Of a stretch of 64,000 bases of DNA, positions 12,101-23,573 are shown piece after piece. The stretch spans positions 12,647,133 through 12,711,132 of the forward strand of contig OZ037771.1 in NCBI GenBank assembly GCA_964035545.1, given 5' to 3'. How positions within the stretch are numbered: the first letter of the stretch is position 1; each line of letters starts with the position of its first letter. Origin of the DNA: Bugula neritina (taxonomy: Eukaryota > Animalia > Bryozoa). A program made the translations under genes and the position numbers. The notes beneath the pieces are model-generated. The model saw only the letters and a list, made by a program, of their open reading frames with translations. It had not been told where the DNA came from and did not search any database.

Positions 12101-14163
12101 TTTAAGGAGAGTTTTTATTTATTTTATTGCTTTGTGTTGGGTTCCCCAGCACCTAGTTAGTGTGCACCGAATGAGTGTTTTTATTCTGCACACTCATGTT
12201 TAATAAAGCACCTGCGTGGTCGTGTCTTAAATTTGCATCTTTTGATTAAAAGTATACGAGGGTACTGTCTTTACGTGTCACGCTGTGTCTGACACCTATT
12301 TTTGGCAATACTTCAGGCAAAATGAACTTCCGATCTGCAGACATCTACTCAAGTCTGTCAGCTAAAAAACTTCTACCTGTAAAGTTTGTGAATGATGACA
12401 ACTTAGCCTCAGTTCTTTACCCCTTCAATCCTAATGGCTCTCCAGGTCAGTGTCCGCAGTTTTACTTTTCAGCTATAAAAATTAAGGAAAAATCAAAGTA
12501 CGCATGTTTAGTGCATGTTGTTGCTTATTTATAACAAAAATCATGGTTAGCTTTCAATTTTCATTCCGTTGCAAGCTAAATAGAATTACAAGCTGTACTA
12601 TGGTCACTAAATGAGAGTATAACTCCTAATTGACATAAATCTTGGAATCATTTCTGCATGTTATTAAAACTCTGAGAAACAAGGACTGTGTTGACAATAG
12701 TGCCCTAGCTTATCAGTTGAACAATAAAATGGTGTTCTGCACCCAGAAACATGGTTCAAAGACATACATTGTTTTCACTTATTTTTCAGCATAGATATTT
12801 TACTTGCAGCCTATTCTATGTGCCTGTACTTTCATGCCAATAATATTTATAATCATTGTATTACACCATATAACATCTCATGTAATGATAGGCATATATC
12901 ATATATTGTACCAATCTTCTCTATAGTCAAGTTACTAATATTATCTAAACAAAAGATTCAGTAGTGCATAGTAGATAGTAGTGTATGTTCATGTATTGAG
13001 TTGGTAGTCTTTGTCACTCTTTTACTTACTTTTATTCCTCCTCACTAATGCTAAAGGCCTGGCCTCACACTCATGAGAATCGCACGAAACTCGTGTGACG
13101 ATTTTCGTGAGTTATCCTCTCGTTATGGCCAGCCACACACTCGTCGGACAAAACACATAATAAATAGTCCGTGAATGAGTCTTGCACAGGATACAAACAG
13201 CAGAAAATTGCTAAACAGAGAAACGCAGTAGAAATGAAATAATTACTGTTGCTAAAATTCTATTGACCAATCAAATGGAGCTTATCGTTAATTGCGATTT
13301 TTCGTCCATCGTCTTTGTTGGGTGCACCCAGTGAAGACGATTTCGTTCGAATTCCCTCAAATTTGATCGTATGTTTGTGTTTTCGTGTCAAATAGACGAA
13401 TTCGTAAGATTTTCACGAGTGTGTGGCCGGGCCTTTACTTCTTCCCACTCTTTCTCCTTATCTCTCCCTTTACTTTCACTCTATCACTCATTTCTTGTTA
13501 TCACGTACAAGCTATCTTTGTGTATATTGTGTCTGTGAATAATAGAAAATTATAAGTAGCTTGCATGTCCTGGTATGTTCAGTTTGACACTGGTTATTCT
13601 TCTTTCTTGCTTTATGTTCTATTTCCTTGCACTCATGATAAACTGTAATTATAACAGCTGGCTTGGCACTAGATAAAGTTTCACAAAGCCTTAACTTTTA
13701 CTTCAGTATAACAACCTTTAGGGTGGCTCTTTGTTAGCCCAGATTTCAGGGAGTAGAATTCTCGCTAATGACTAAAAATCAGTGACACTGACCCATTAAT
13801 TATGCATGCAATAGTTCTTAGGTGATGGGAAAAACATCATAGTAGACTATCATAGTTAGCCTTATATTGCAGGACTAGTCATACTAACATAACACTGTAG
13901 AACCTACAACTTATTTTGTTACAATGTTTTCAGTCTCTACATGTTGTGTAGTGTAGCTCATTGCTGTGTTATTTCATAGGAGGGGCGGCTGCCATTTGCT
14001 CTACTGACGGCCGCCATTTGGCAATGATGCCGCATCCTGAGAGATGTTTTATGACCTGGCAATGGCCTTGGATGCCTCAAGACTGGCGAGGAAAGGTTCA
14101 AACGTCACCTTGGCTCAGGATGTTTAGCAACGCCTACAACTGGTGCCGAGAGGTCTCTGCGTA
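181..14163 (+). CDS. PFAS: Phosphoribosylformylglycinamidine synthase (FGAM synthase, PurL-type), 3' part; the 5' end lies upstream of the window
   Basis: Approximate exons: 181-343, 521-633, 842-951, 1485-1633, 1760-1891, 2143-2372, 6069-6191, 6438-6578, 6961-7122, 8339-8472, 8881-9040, 10268-10507, 10860-11069, 11435-11581, 11915-12070, 12317-12445, 13979-14163. Motifs: GAVQRGDAEMEQK, IHDQGAGGNG, KRYLTNKVDRSVTGL, SANWMWPAK, DGGKDSLSM, GHDVSDGG, REEGSNGDREMA, GGFSYADVLGS, LGVCNGCQL (catalytic Cys), MPHPER (catalytic His/Glu). Confidence 0.97.
755..828. repeat. 19-bp intronic tandem repeat (GTTACTGTCATGTTGCTAG)
   Basis: About 4 tandem copies just upstream of a PFAS acceptor. Confidence 0.85.
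2409..5981. repeat. ~39-bp minisatellite (TATTCTATTATTAGTAACATGACCTCACATAGTAAGTACA[G]) split by a transposon insertion
   Basis: About 3 copies at 2409-2528 and about 4.5 copies at 5800-5981. The repeat register continues across the insertion. Confidence 0.9.
2529..5799 (-). mobile_element. Degenerate Academ-like (XPG-domain type) DNA transposon
   Basis: Perfect 19-bp TIRs TAGTCTAGAAGTAACCTCC / GGAGGTTACTTCTAGACTA with a TAT target duplication (2526-2528, 5800-5802). Broken minus-strand coding remnants: HKESDTQLLLHAK, IKSQDTDVFILSL, FHALTGCYST, LHVKRAIYQAAI and a C-terminal Cys cluster CTDVCQCKDC. Confidence 0.82.
7421..7504 (-). pseudogene. tRNA-like pseudogene or SINE head
   Basis: Minus strand GGGAACAGTTGGCTGAGTGGTATGAGCA...GGTTCGAGTCC carries box A and box B. 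The acceptor stem pairs poorly and the anticodon loop is enlarged. Confidence 0.55.
8041..8250 (-). mobile_element. tRNA-Thr(AGT)-derived SINE, copy 1
   Basis: Same ~210-bp sequence as six other loci in the window, with box A and box B in the head. Confidence 0.88.
8535..8753. mobile_element. Degenerate hAT (Charlie-like) MITE
   Basis: Ends TAGGTGTGGGCAAC and GTTTCCCACCCCTG are imperfect inverted repeats. Internal GTGGCCC motifs. No recognisable TSD. Confidence 0.55.
9390..10176. mobile_element. Non-autonomous TIR element (MITE), ~790 bp
   Basis: 36-bp TIRs CACGGGCTTTCCATGTACCGATCTCAGATCGATCTC with 1 mismatch, TAT on both flanks, and subterminal AGATCGATCT palindromic repeats. Confidence 0.9.
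11066..11176 (+). repeat. 19-bp tandem repeat starting at a PFAS splice donor
   Basis: About 6 copies of (A/G)GTGGGTGATTCA(A/G)CT(G/A)AA. Confidence 0.85.
13054..13435. mobile_element. MITE, ~380 bp
   Basis: Imperfect ~40-bp TIRs AAGGCCTGGCCTCACACTCATGAGAATC / GATTTTCACGAGTGTGTGGCCGGGCCTT, flanked by TA on both sides. Confidence 0.8.
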
Positions 14164-14934
14164 GCTCAGCTCACAGCTATGAAGACTTCCTTGAGTTTTA
14201 TTAGTATGATCACTTTCAAGTTCATCACTGTGAATAGTCATATGTGATGTAGCTTTCTGCTAATATCTTGTTAGTTTTGCTATTGAAGGTTTTTATTTCA
14301 AGTGGTTTGGTTATTATTGTTTTATATTGTGCCAATTTATATTCCTTTGCATAATGTCTAGTCTTAGAGAAACTGTTTTGTTTTTCTATCAGCTCAATGC
14401 TACTTTGTTATTTCTATTTTATGCTTTTCCATCATGTGTTATGGTAACTATCCTTCTGCATCTCTTATAATCTGGAAAAAATAAACATTGTTCTTATAAA
14501 TTGTTTTATGTTTATTATATACTAGAGCAGTTGACAATTTATCAACAGCCAGCAATTCCTTTAGCACTAGTAATTTTAATTTATATAAGAATTTTGTTTT
14601 AAGAAAAGAAATAACAGCAAATGAATAAAGAGTATTTTGTAGATAAGTCAATAAGCCAAATTAATCAATTACTTTACAAGATAACTCCAGTTTACTTTTA
14701 CAAAATTGTTTCAAAACTATGTTTCATCTTCTCTTCATGCTGGTCTATTCTCTTCAGCTTGAAGTTTAATGTTTCATTTGCGGAAGGATAAGCTCTACAG
14801 CCTACACTTATATGCAACTTACCTGTAAGTCGTTGACCTATTATTGTCAGGCTCGCAATGAAAGCCTCATTGTAATGTTCATTACTTTGTCCCATTTGGT
14901 ACTCGTATATGATTTTCCGAGTTGTTTTAAAAGC

Positions 14935-15085
14935 GAGTCCAATTAGTTGCGATCTAATTTTTACCGTTGGCCAATCAATAGCTAGATTAGAAGGTTAAAT
15001 TAATAATTTGACCAATCCGATCTGAAACAGCCGTGTCCTCTTCAGCTGTTCACCTACCACCGCCAGCTTTGATTGACCAATATTT
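14935..15085 (+). promoter_or_regulatory. CCAAT-box cluster, probable promoter of the DP gene
   Basis: CCAAT at about 14939, 14971, 15012 and 15077, between the PFAS 3' end and the DP 5' exons. Confidence 0.5.
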
Positions 15086-16011
15086 AGTTGTTATGCTGAG
15101 CAACCAACAACGTAACTTACTTATTGTACTTTTGCTCACACATAAAGTATACTGTATTGTTTCTACATTATTTGAGGACTCTCAGTTTTTTGCTTTTGAA
15201 AAGCAAGTTCTTGTATGGATATTGTCTTTGTGGGAACCAAAAATTGAATTGTGATTTGTCGGGGGTTTGAGTTTTGAGTTTCAGTTTTGGTTATCACTTT
15301 GAGTTTGACTTATCATTATCAGCTATCGCTTATCGACAATCAATAAATATAATCAATAATCCGTGAGTTAATGTGACACTTTGGTTTACGTTACGAAGAC
15401 ACTCAGCACAGTGGCAGTCTGCATCCTACTTACATTGACGTTCATTTTCCTATTGCCAAAGAAGTGAGTCACTTGTGTTTTTATTAATAATAATAATATT
15501 ATTATTATACATATTGATTATGATATTCATATTGATATTGATATTACGTTATTTTAATTGTTTATATTAATATTACAAATAATAATATTGATAATTGTAG
15601 TAATAGGCCTACCAATGGTAATAATGATTATTCAACCAAGGTAAAATTCTGTGTCAGATTGAGATTAAACCTAAACCTTTAGCAGTATTACTATTAGTGT
15701 TATTAGATTCAGTTGCACTGAATTAATCTTTACCTACTCCTCGTCTTCATGTTGCTGATAACTATAATTAATAATACTTATACTTTTACTCAAAAGTAAA
15801 GCTGTGAGCATTGCCAAAGGTAAAGTAAGAGAAATTCATAACGGGAAGTATGGGAATGCGGTGAATATCTGGCTTTTTGATTTGTCTGCATTGCTTTGTA
15901 AGTAACATTGATTTGTATGTTTAATTTTAGCTCCTTCTGGAGAATTGTTAAATGGGCTGTTTGGGGCCTTAATTGGTGACTTCTTATAATAAAAGACAAT
16001 TTATACAAACA

Positions 16012-18866
16012 ATGAATACCTCAAGTGCTACATTAACCAGTCTGTGGGTTGATGAAAGTCCAACAAAGCTGGCGCACATGACTACTCCCACAAAGGCCAA
16101 CGTGAAGCAAGAGTTTGAGCAATATATTCGGGACACAGATGGTCTCGGCTCATTAGCTAAGCAGGTAACTCTCAGTTTCCCTCACAGTATATATAGAAAT
16201 TGTGAAGTAGAAATTGATCATTTTGATGTTCAAACAAGTGATCCTCCAATACAACTAATATTTACATTTCATGCTGAGTGATTTTGTTGTCATATTTTAG
16301 TTCTTTATCTAAATTTGAAATTTATTTTGAAACACTGGTTTTGTAAGCTCGTTAATTACTTTATAGTTTCTTAGTTTATTACATAATGCTTGGAACATAA
16401 TATTTTATTCATGTGTTACATCCCTACATCCTCTCAATCTGCATCAAACTGTAAATTCAATTTTCACAAAGATAACTGTTGTCATCTAGAAGGGCATGTT
16501 AACAAGTAACAATCGTTCACATACCAGCAGCATGTAACTCCTATAATAAAATTTTCTCATCACGTGGTATCTTAAAGAACGTTTTCTTTTCACCACAATT
16601 AGAGTTTAATATATCTCTTCATAACTGAACTTCCCGTCTGCCGGTAGTTAAAGTATTTCACTGTTTCTTTTGGTCTGGGCACTGTAAAACCTTTGTTTAT
16701 TTTTTCCCGTGATATTCGGGCACACATGCTGTTCACATTTTCTTTCAGACTGGCATAGTAGATACGAATGGGGAGTTGCTATCTGTAGGAAGAATCAGTG
16801 ATAACTTAAGCCACACAGCTAGACCAGGTAGGTCAAGGTCATTTGTTACACTGTTTATTCTGAAATCCTCAGACTAACCGGTATGTCTGGTTACCATGGT
16901 TACCATATCTCTGTAGGTACTCACTTCGTGTACGTTAGCTCTCCTAAACCGGGAACATCCAAAACCTCTATCCTACCGAAGGCCAGTGATCGCTTCCAGG
17001 TAAACTTCTAAAATAATCTGGTTTATTTTACTGTCTTTCATTGCTCTTCCTTCCAAATATTTGAATTATTATATTCACTCAGTTGTTCAATGATATCCTC
17101 TGTCATCTGGGCAAATCATCTCTTGCACCTGCATGTAGCTCTTCACTACAGCTTCTATTTGCTGTAAATCTATCATCCCAGTCTTTTCTACTATCTTGAC
17201 TGAAATCATGTAAATATATGATAGCTATTGTCAGATTCTGGTAAACTGAAGATGCACTCCTGACACACGCCTTTTTATACTCACAGATAGCGAGCAGTGA
17301 CTCTAGCGGACACCCCCTCACAGTATTTCCTGGTCAAAGTGGCATATCCTACACTAATGATATCGGCCTCAGTAGGAAGAGGTTGGCAGATGGAAGTCCT
17401 GCTGTTTATAGTTCTATAGATCCGTATGACAACGCTGACAGGTGAGTGAGAGTGTGTGTGTAGTGACCTAGTTGTGTCGTGACCTAGTTGTGTTGTGACT
17501 TAGTTGTGGCATACATGTAACTTACTTTTTACAAGTAACTTACTCTATGCCAATTGTTTACTTTATACAGATTACTTACTTAAGCAAGTGACTTACTCTT
17601 TAATACTGACTTACTTTATACTCGTAACTTACTCTCTACAATGATTTACTCTTGTAGTAAAAGACCGCGTAAGAATGAAAAAGGGAGCAAAGGGTTGAGG
17701 CATTTCTCCATGAAGGTGTGTGAGAAGGTGGAGCGCAAGGGAGTGACGACTTACAACGAGGTCGCTGACGAACTAGTCAGTGAGTTCACAGACCCCCGGT
17801 ACGTGCAGAGCGAGCAGGCCCAGTACGATCAGAAAAATATCAGGAGACGGGTTTACGACGCGCTGAACGTGCTCATGGCTATGAACATCATCAGTAAGGA
17901 GAAGAAAGAGATTAAGTGGATCGGTCTGCCCACCAACTCTGCCCAAGAATGTCACAATCTCGAGGTACCTGAGAATGTTGGCATCTCTTGACATTGAAGG
18001 ATACGCTTTCTTGAAACTTTAATGATAAGTTACATTTTACAGGTATTTTATTATGTCTCTCGTGTACAGGTGGAGAAGGCAAAGAGGAACGAAAGAATTG
18101 CAATGAAGACGCAGCAGCTGCAGGAGCTGGTGCTGCAGCAGATCGCCTACAAGAACCTGGTGGAGAGAAACAGAACGCTGGAGTGCACCCAGGGGACGCC
18201 TCCCGACAACTCCATCATACAACTTCCTTTTGTCATCGTCAACACGGATAAGAAAACGGTCATCGACTGCAGTATATCTAATGACAAGTAAGTCACTCCT
18301 ACACCTCTACACCACTACACTCCCAAACCCCACAGCTTACACTCCTACGTGTTCATGCGGGTCTGCAGGCTTTTTAGCCTTTGTGTCTAGAGTTTTTTTA
18401 AAGAAAAATAGTTTTTTATGTTGCGTAAATTTAAATGAATATGAATATTCATTATATAATAATTATTGTTTTTAAGTTGGAAGGTAAATGTTCATTTGAC
18501 GTGTTTGCTGCAAATACACTTCAAATACTAAAAAGTTGAAAATAACAGCTTTACTTAAAATAATTTTTCGCATTGACCCTGAGTCTACATGTACCTTTGT
18601 GATATATCAAGTTGAAAAGCCAGTCGACTTTTCATAAACATTTCTGTTTTCCTTCAACTCTTTCTAGGTACGAATATTTGTTCAACTTTGACAATACGTT
18701 TGAAATTCATGATGACATTGAAGTGTTAAAGAGAATGGGTCTGGCATATCACCTTGAGAAAGGTCATTGTTCGCAAGAAGATCTCCACAAAGCAATCGCA
18801 ATACTACCTCGATCTCTAGAGCACTGCGTTAGAGACATCGCTCAAGGCAGCGGAGAGACAAGCTAA
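16012..18866 (+). CDS. TFDP1: Transcription factor DP (E2F dimerization partner)
   Basis: Phase-consistent exons 16012-16164, 16749-16827, 16917-16999, 17287-17441, 17658-17964, 18070-18287, 18668-18866. Motifs: [28 protein letters not shown] box [52 protein letters not shown]. Confidence 0.96.
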
Positions 18867-19621
18867 GCTGTAAGTCAGACTCATTGATGTCTAGCATTTC
18901 TAAGTGAGCTCTACGGCATGGTTTCTAAGATTATTAACTATAACTATGGTTTCTATGAGTATAGTTTCTATAGCTCGCACTGAGTCATATTTTCTATTTT
19001 CGCTTCATACTTGTGAACAGTTGGATCAGTGAAAATAGTCGAATGAAATTATTGTAGTATCTTTTCTGCTTACAGTTGAGGGTTTATGTTATATAATGTT
19101 TCTGGTTTCTTTACCTTTAGGTCAGTATCTGGGACAAGGAACAGGCTGTGAGTCAGCTGCACTTAGTTCTACTGTGTAGAATTATACAACTAGTTGACTT
19201 TTTAATCTCCTATCAAGTTGCCATCCCTAAACGCTAGGCTTATCTTTCAACATGGACAGCCTGTCTCAGTGCAGTTACAAATTCGGCTGACATTTCCTCA
19301 TAAGACAACATTGAACTCTAGGGGTGGATGTATATCACACTCTCTAGGGGTGTATGTGTATTACAGGAGTGGATGTAAACTGCACCCCCTGAGGTATATA
19401 TAGATTCCACCCCTTTGGTTATATGTACAAAATATAGAAAGTATTATTATATTTAGCGTATTCAAAGTTAGTAGTTATGCCCACTCGTAATTATTCTAGT
19501 AATGGCATTATATTTTTGCTATCCTCACTGATATATGTTGTATTTTTGTGCATATCTTAGACTGTACTACAAGCAATATGGTAGGCCTCAAAGTACTTTG
19601 TATTTAGGAAGACCACTTTCA

Positions 19622-19749
19622 TAGTGAGCGGGATTTTAACCTTGAACTCCTTCGTCGAACCGACCCTTCAACAATTCAATGGCCTCGCCAAGCCTGTGAT
19701 TATTAGCTTTGGCCTTGTAGGGGTTTCATGGTTCAATGCCCGCTCACTG
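19622..19749. mobile_element. Short inverted-repeat element (MITE-like)
   Basis: TAGTGAGCGGGATTTTAACCTTGAACTCCT pairs imperfectly with AGGGGTTTCATGGTTCAATGCCCGCTCACTG. Confidence 0.55.
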
Positions 19750-21740
19750 TCGATTTCTGCAGAATTCATTTAGTACTTAACCTGCAGAATGCACCAGAAT
19801 TTCTGTAGCTGGTGGCATTATTTCTATTATTGTAGGACAACTTAGGTTAATCAATCAAATATTTTTTGTATGCAGCAAACAAACCCTATAAATTATATTT
19901 TAACCTGTAGACTAGCTGCATCCCTCATCTGTACAAACCTTTGTTTACTACTCCAGCTTTCTTATATGTTCATCAGGTGGAATCAACCCCCCTGTGTTTC
20001 TTTCATACTGTTTAGTTTAATAAACGCAATTAATATAATAACAAGGCTGTTGTGTGAATGCTGTGCAGTAGGCACTTTACATGTAGCTGATGCTGTGTGC
20101 ACTCGACCACATTCTTTGTTTATCATGATAATTACACCTGTTCATTCAGTAGCAAAGTGTATTCACTAGACAAAGGCCAGTGACTAGTCCTGCAGACTCC
20201 AAATAGTAACATTCTTGCAGCACTACTCATAATTACTCTGTGAATTGGTGGATCAAGAAAAAAAATTCTCTGAGTTTCCAACATTTCATATACATAGCTT
20301 AGCACCAGTGTGTATGCTCTTTGGTCTCTTTGATCATAGTGCAGTTTTATGCTACTGTCTTCAAACACGTGGCATGCATTTCCTATTATGTATATACACC
20401 ATCAATATAAACCTTATCAATATGCAATATATCCTACTGCGCAGTGTGTTCTTGTATTCAATAGTCCTGCCCCCACCAGTAGTTTCACCTGAACTAAGGT
20501 ATGACTTGACAATGAATAAACCAACAAGCCCAGGCATATTCTAAATTCTTCCACTGCTATCTCATTTCAAGCACCCTAATCAGGGCACTAACTGAAGTTA
20601 CCATAAATTAATGTTTAATGAAACCTTTCTTAGTAAATGGATAAACTTTATAAATGAATGTGGGTGGGTGTGGTTTTAAGAGTCTTTAATTTCACCACAA
20701 ATAGTTCAACACTTCCGGAACCTCTCCTTATAGATATATGGACCTGGCTATAACTCAAGGAATTACCATCTATAGATGTCAATATTAAGCACCATTTATT
20801 CACCTTTTTAGCTTCTTTATAAGGCAAGAAGATTCTTATCAATTTTCAATTATATAGACAAAGCTTTGAGTAACACTGAATCTCTTTGAATAAATGAGGA
20901 ATTAAACAGCTATTAGTGCTTAGAACAGTGAAATATAGTCTAATTCTAAGAGTGATGGGACATAATCTAATTATATTCATATAAAACTTGAAGGTCACCA
21001 CCAACTTCCTGTGGCATATTTATTTAGCCTGTGCTTATAGATAAGATTGGACTATCTGCTCACGACTACTTCAATCTGTCTCTCAGCCTTTCTGCTATAT
21101 AGGTCAGATTATTATATCTAGGTTAGTGTACATATAGGCTATTATATAGGTACATATGTATTATTGTATTAGTATGCAGATCAACATATATTTAGCTATA
21201 AAAATATTTCAGGTATGTTATATGTTGTATTTATTATATTATGTAGGTTTCTTCTATGTGATGTAACCCAATCTAAATTCATTCAGTGGAGAAATTTTAA
21301 TAGCCTATGTTCTTGAGTTTTCCTAATAGGTTTTGGTTTGAGGTGTGATACACATCTAAATTCTCTTGAGAGGATAACTTCTTTTGCTACATTTCTAATC
21401 CAGAACACATGCAGGCTTTTGCTGCGGTGGCCATGTATCACTAAAGTAAAAACAGGTTAAATTTCACTGCTAAACTGTGATATATTGAGGCGATGGGCTT
21501 CTGGGAGAGAAATATCCTAGCTGGTTTATAAAAACTGAAGCATTTTTGGCACTCAACTGTTTTACTCCTTGTGTGGCATATTGACGGAGTTTCATAGGTC
21601 TGATGAAATATTCCACTGGCTTACTTAATCTGTTATGTGAGCGGCCAGCATTTGCTTCTGTTGCTTGAAATATTAAACTTACCGAAATAAAAGACCAGAC
21701 ATGGCTAGAAATATATAATAGTATTTCAGTTTTTGCTAAT

Positions 21741-21951
21741 GGAGCAGTTGTGGTCTAGGGGTTAGAGCGTTTGCCTAGTAAGCAAGAAGTCATGGGTTAG
21801 AGCCCCAACAAAGGCCATTGGTGATGTTAGGAAGAGCATCCAGTCATAATTGCTCCTGTGCCTCATTTAAATAAGTCCTTAGCCCACTTTAAAAAGCCCT
21901 TTCTATCAGGGGTTTCTCACAGAAATGGTGACTATAAACTTGTGTGAGTTC
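21741..21951 (+). mobile_element. tRNA-Thr(AGT)-derived SINE, copy 2
   Basis: Head GGAGCAGTTGTGGTCTAGGGGTTAGAGCGTTTGCCTAGTAAGCAAG followed by the shared body. Confidence 0.88.
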
Positions 21952-23573
21952 TTGTATTTCAGTTCCTGCTACCCAAATAGGACAAAGCAGTGATAGATGA
22001 GAATTTAGGCAAAGAAATAACTTCAATCTATTATAATCTTATAATAAATGACAAACAAATATTTAGAATTTTCTGTCTAACCATGGAAGTGTATGGAAGG
22101 AAGTGGTAAAGTTAGGACAAAGGAGGAGGCGGGTAATTTGCTTAAAGTAAGAGTAAACATGCCTTTAACATGCCTAACCAACACCATTCCTAAACGCATC
22201 AATAATTCCTAAATAAACATTAATAACACCATAAGATATGCACAGGCATTCAACACCAGCATATAATGATAAAATACCTTTAACATTAGACATACATGTA
22301 CATTGTTGAAATATAATATAAAGCATATTATATATAACATAATATATTTATATGATATATGATACAAGCCTATAATAAAGTGTATTTCTATATAGTAATG
22401 CTGGTGATGCTCAAGTGTGGGTTAAAAGATTTCATCTCATACCTTTCTAACTTTGCATTAATGTAACTATAATTAAATTCTTCTTATATGTCAATGAGTA
22501 AATTAATCTTATATAAGTTTATACATTAAATTAAACTACCGTTCATTGCAACCATTAATCTTCTATTATCATTTAATCAAGCGAACTGCCTGATTAATTC
22601 AATTTGTTTTTAGTTAGGTACAGTAGTAGAGATCAAACTGTAATAGCTTAAATTCTTTATTTTTCTTAATAAATCTTGGGATTATAAGCCCAGGGCTGAA
22701 ATGTTCTGATGTATAACGCTATAACTTCTTTTGCTACATTTCTAATTTCTAGAACACAAGCTTTTTTCAATTTCTCCATTACTGCACCCACCCAATGATT
22801 TTATATCTGGAGCTTGCAATAGAAAAAGTCTTACATTTCTGTTAGTGATAAGTTAAATTTACTGCTGCTTACATTCGTGTCTGAATTTTAATGGTGAGCT
22901 ACATTCTTGAATTTTACTGCCAAGTGATATGATAACTCCCGATTGAAGACAGTTTGCTGCAGGCCTACACAAAGGTGCAGGTAAACACATTAGGCAAAAA
23001 AACACAAACACCAACATAATATATTTTGATAATTGTTTAAAGTTTATAAATTTTAAAATTGTGGTTCTACAACTGCATTATGTAACAAATTATTTACAAT
23101 TAAAAGCTCTATATCAAAATAGAAAATTGACAATATATATTCTAATTAATATATAAACTATAGAAAACAAAGATAAACACTGAACAATCTAGAAACATTT
23201 AGTTTAACTTTGTGCTGAGCACAACGTCACCATTTGGCATTGCGTTTTGCAGGATGGCAAATTTCAAATGTATGACTCTGACAGCTGGGAAAGTTTTTAC
23301 AGAATCAGTGATGGGCTATTTAGGTGTGACTTGCTCCGAATATCAAAGTGAAACAAATAGATAATAATATATTTATAATTTTTCTTTTGCAGGTAAGTTG
23401 CAATAATACAATTTCACAACTTTCATATTATATATCTGCTAATGTTGGCATATTAAAATATTAAAATTTAGATATACGCATACTGCAGATTGATATATAA
23501 TAGCTTTGAGTGGTGAGACTTTTTTAAAATTAGTAGTTAAATATTTTAAATATGCTGTAAATAACAGAATTGC

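Noticed and set aside
21741-21815. Functional tRNA-Thr gene
   Set aside because: No proper acceptor stem, and it runs into a repeated SINE body.
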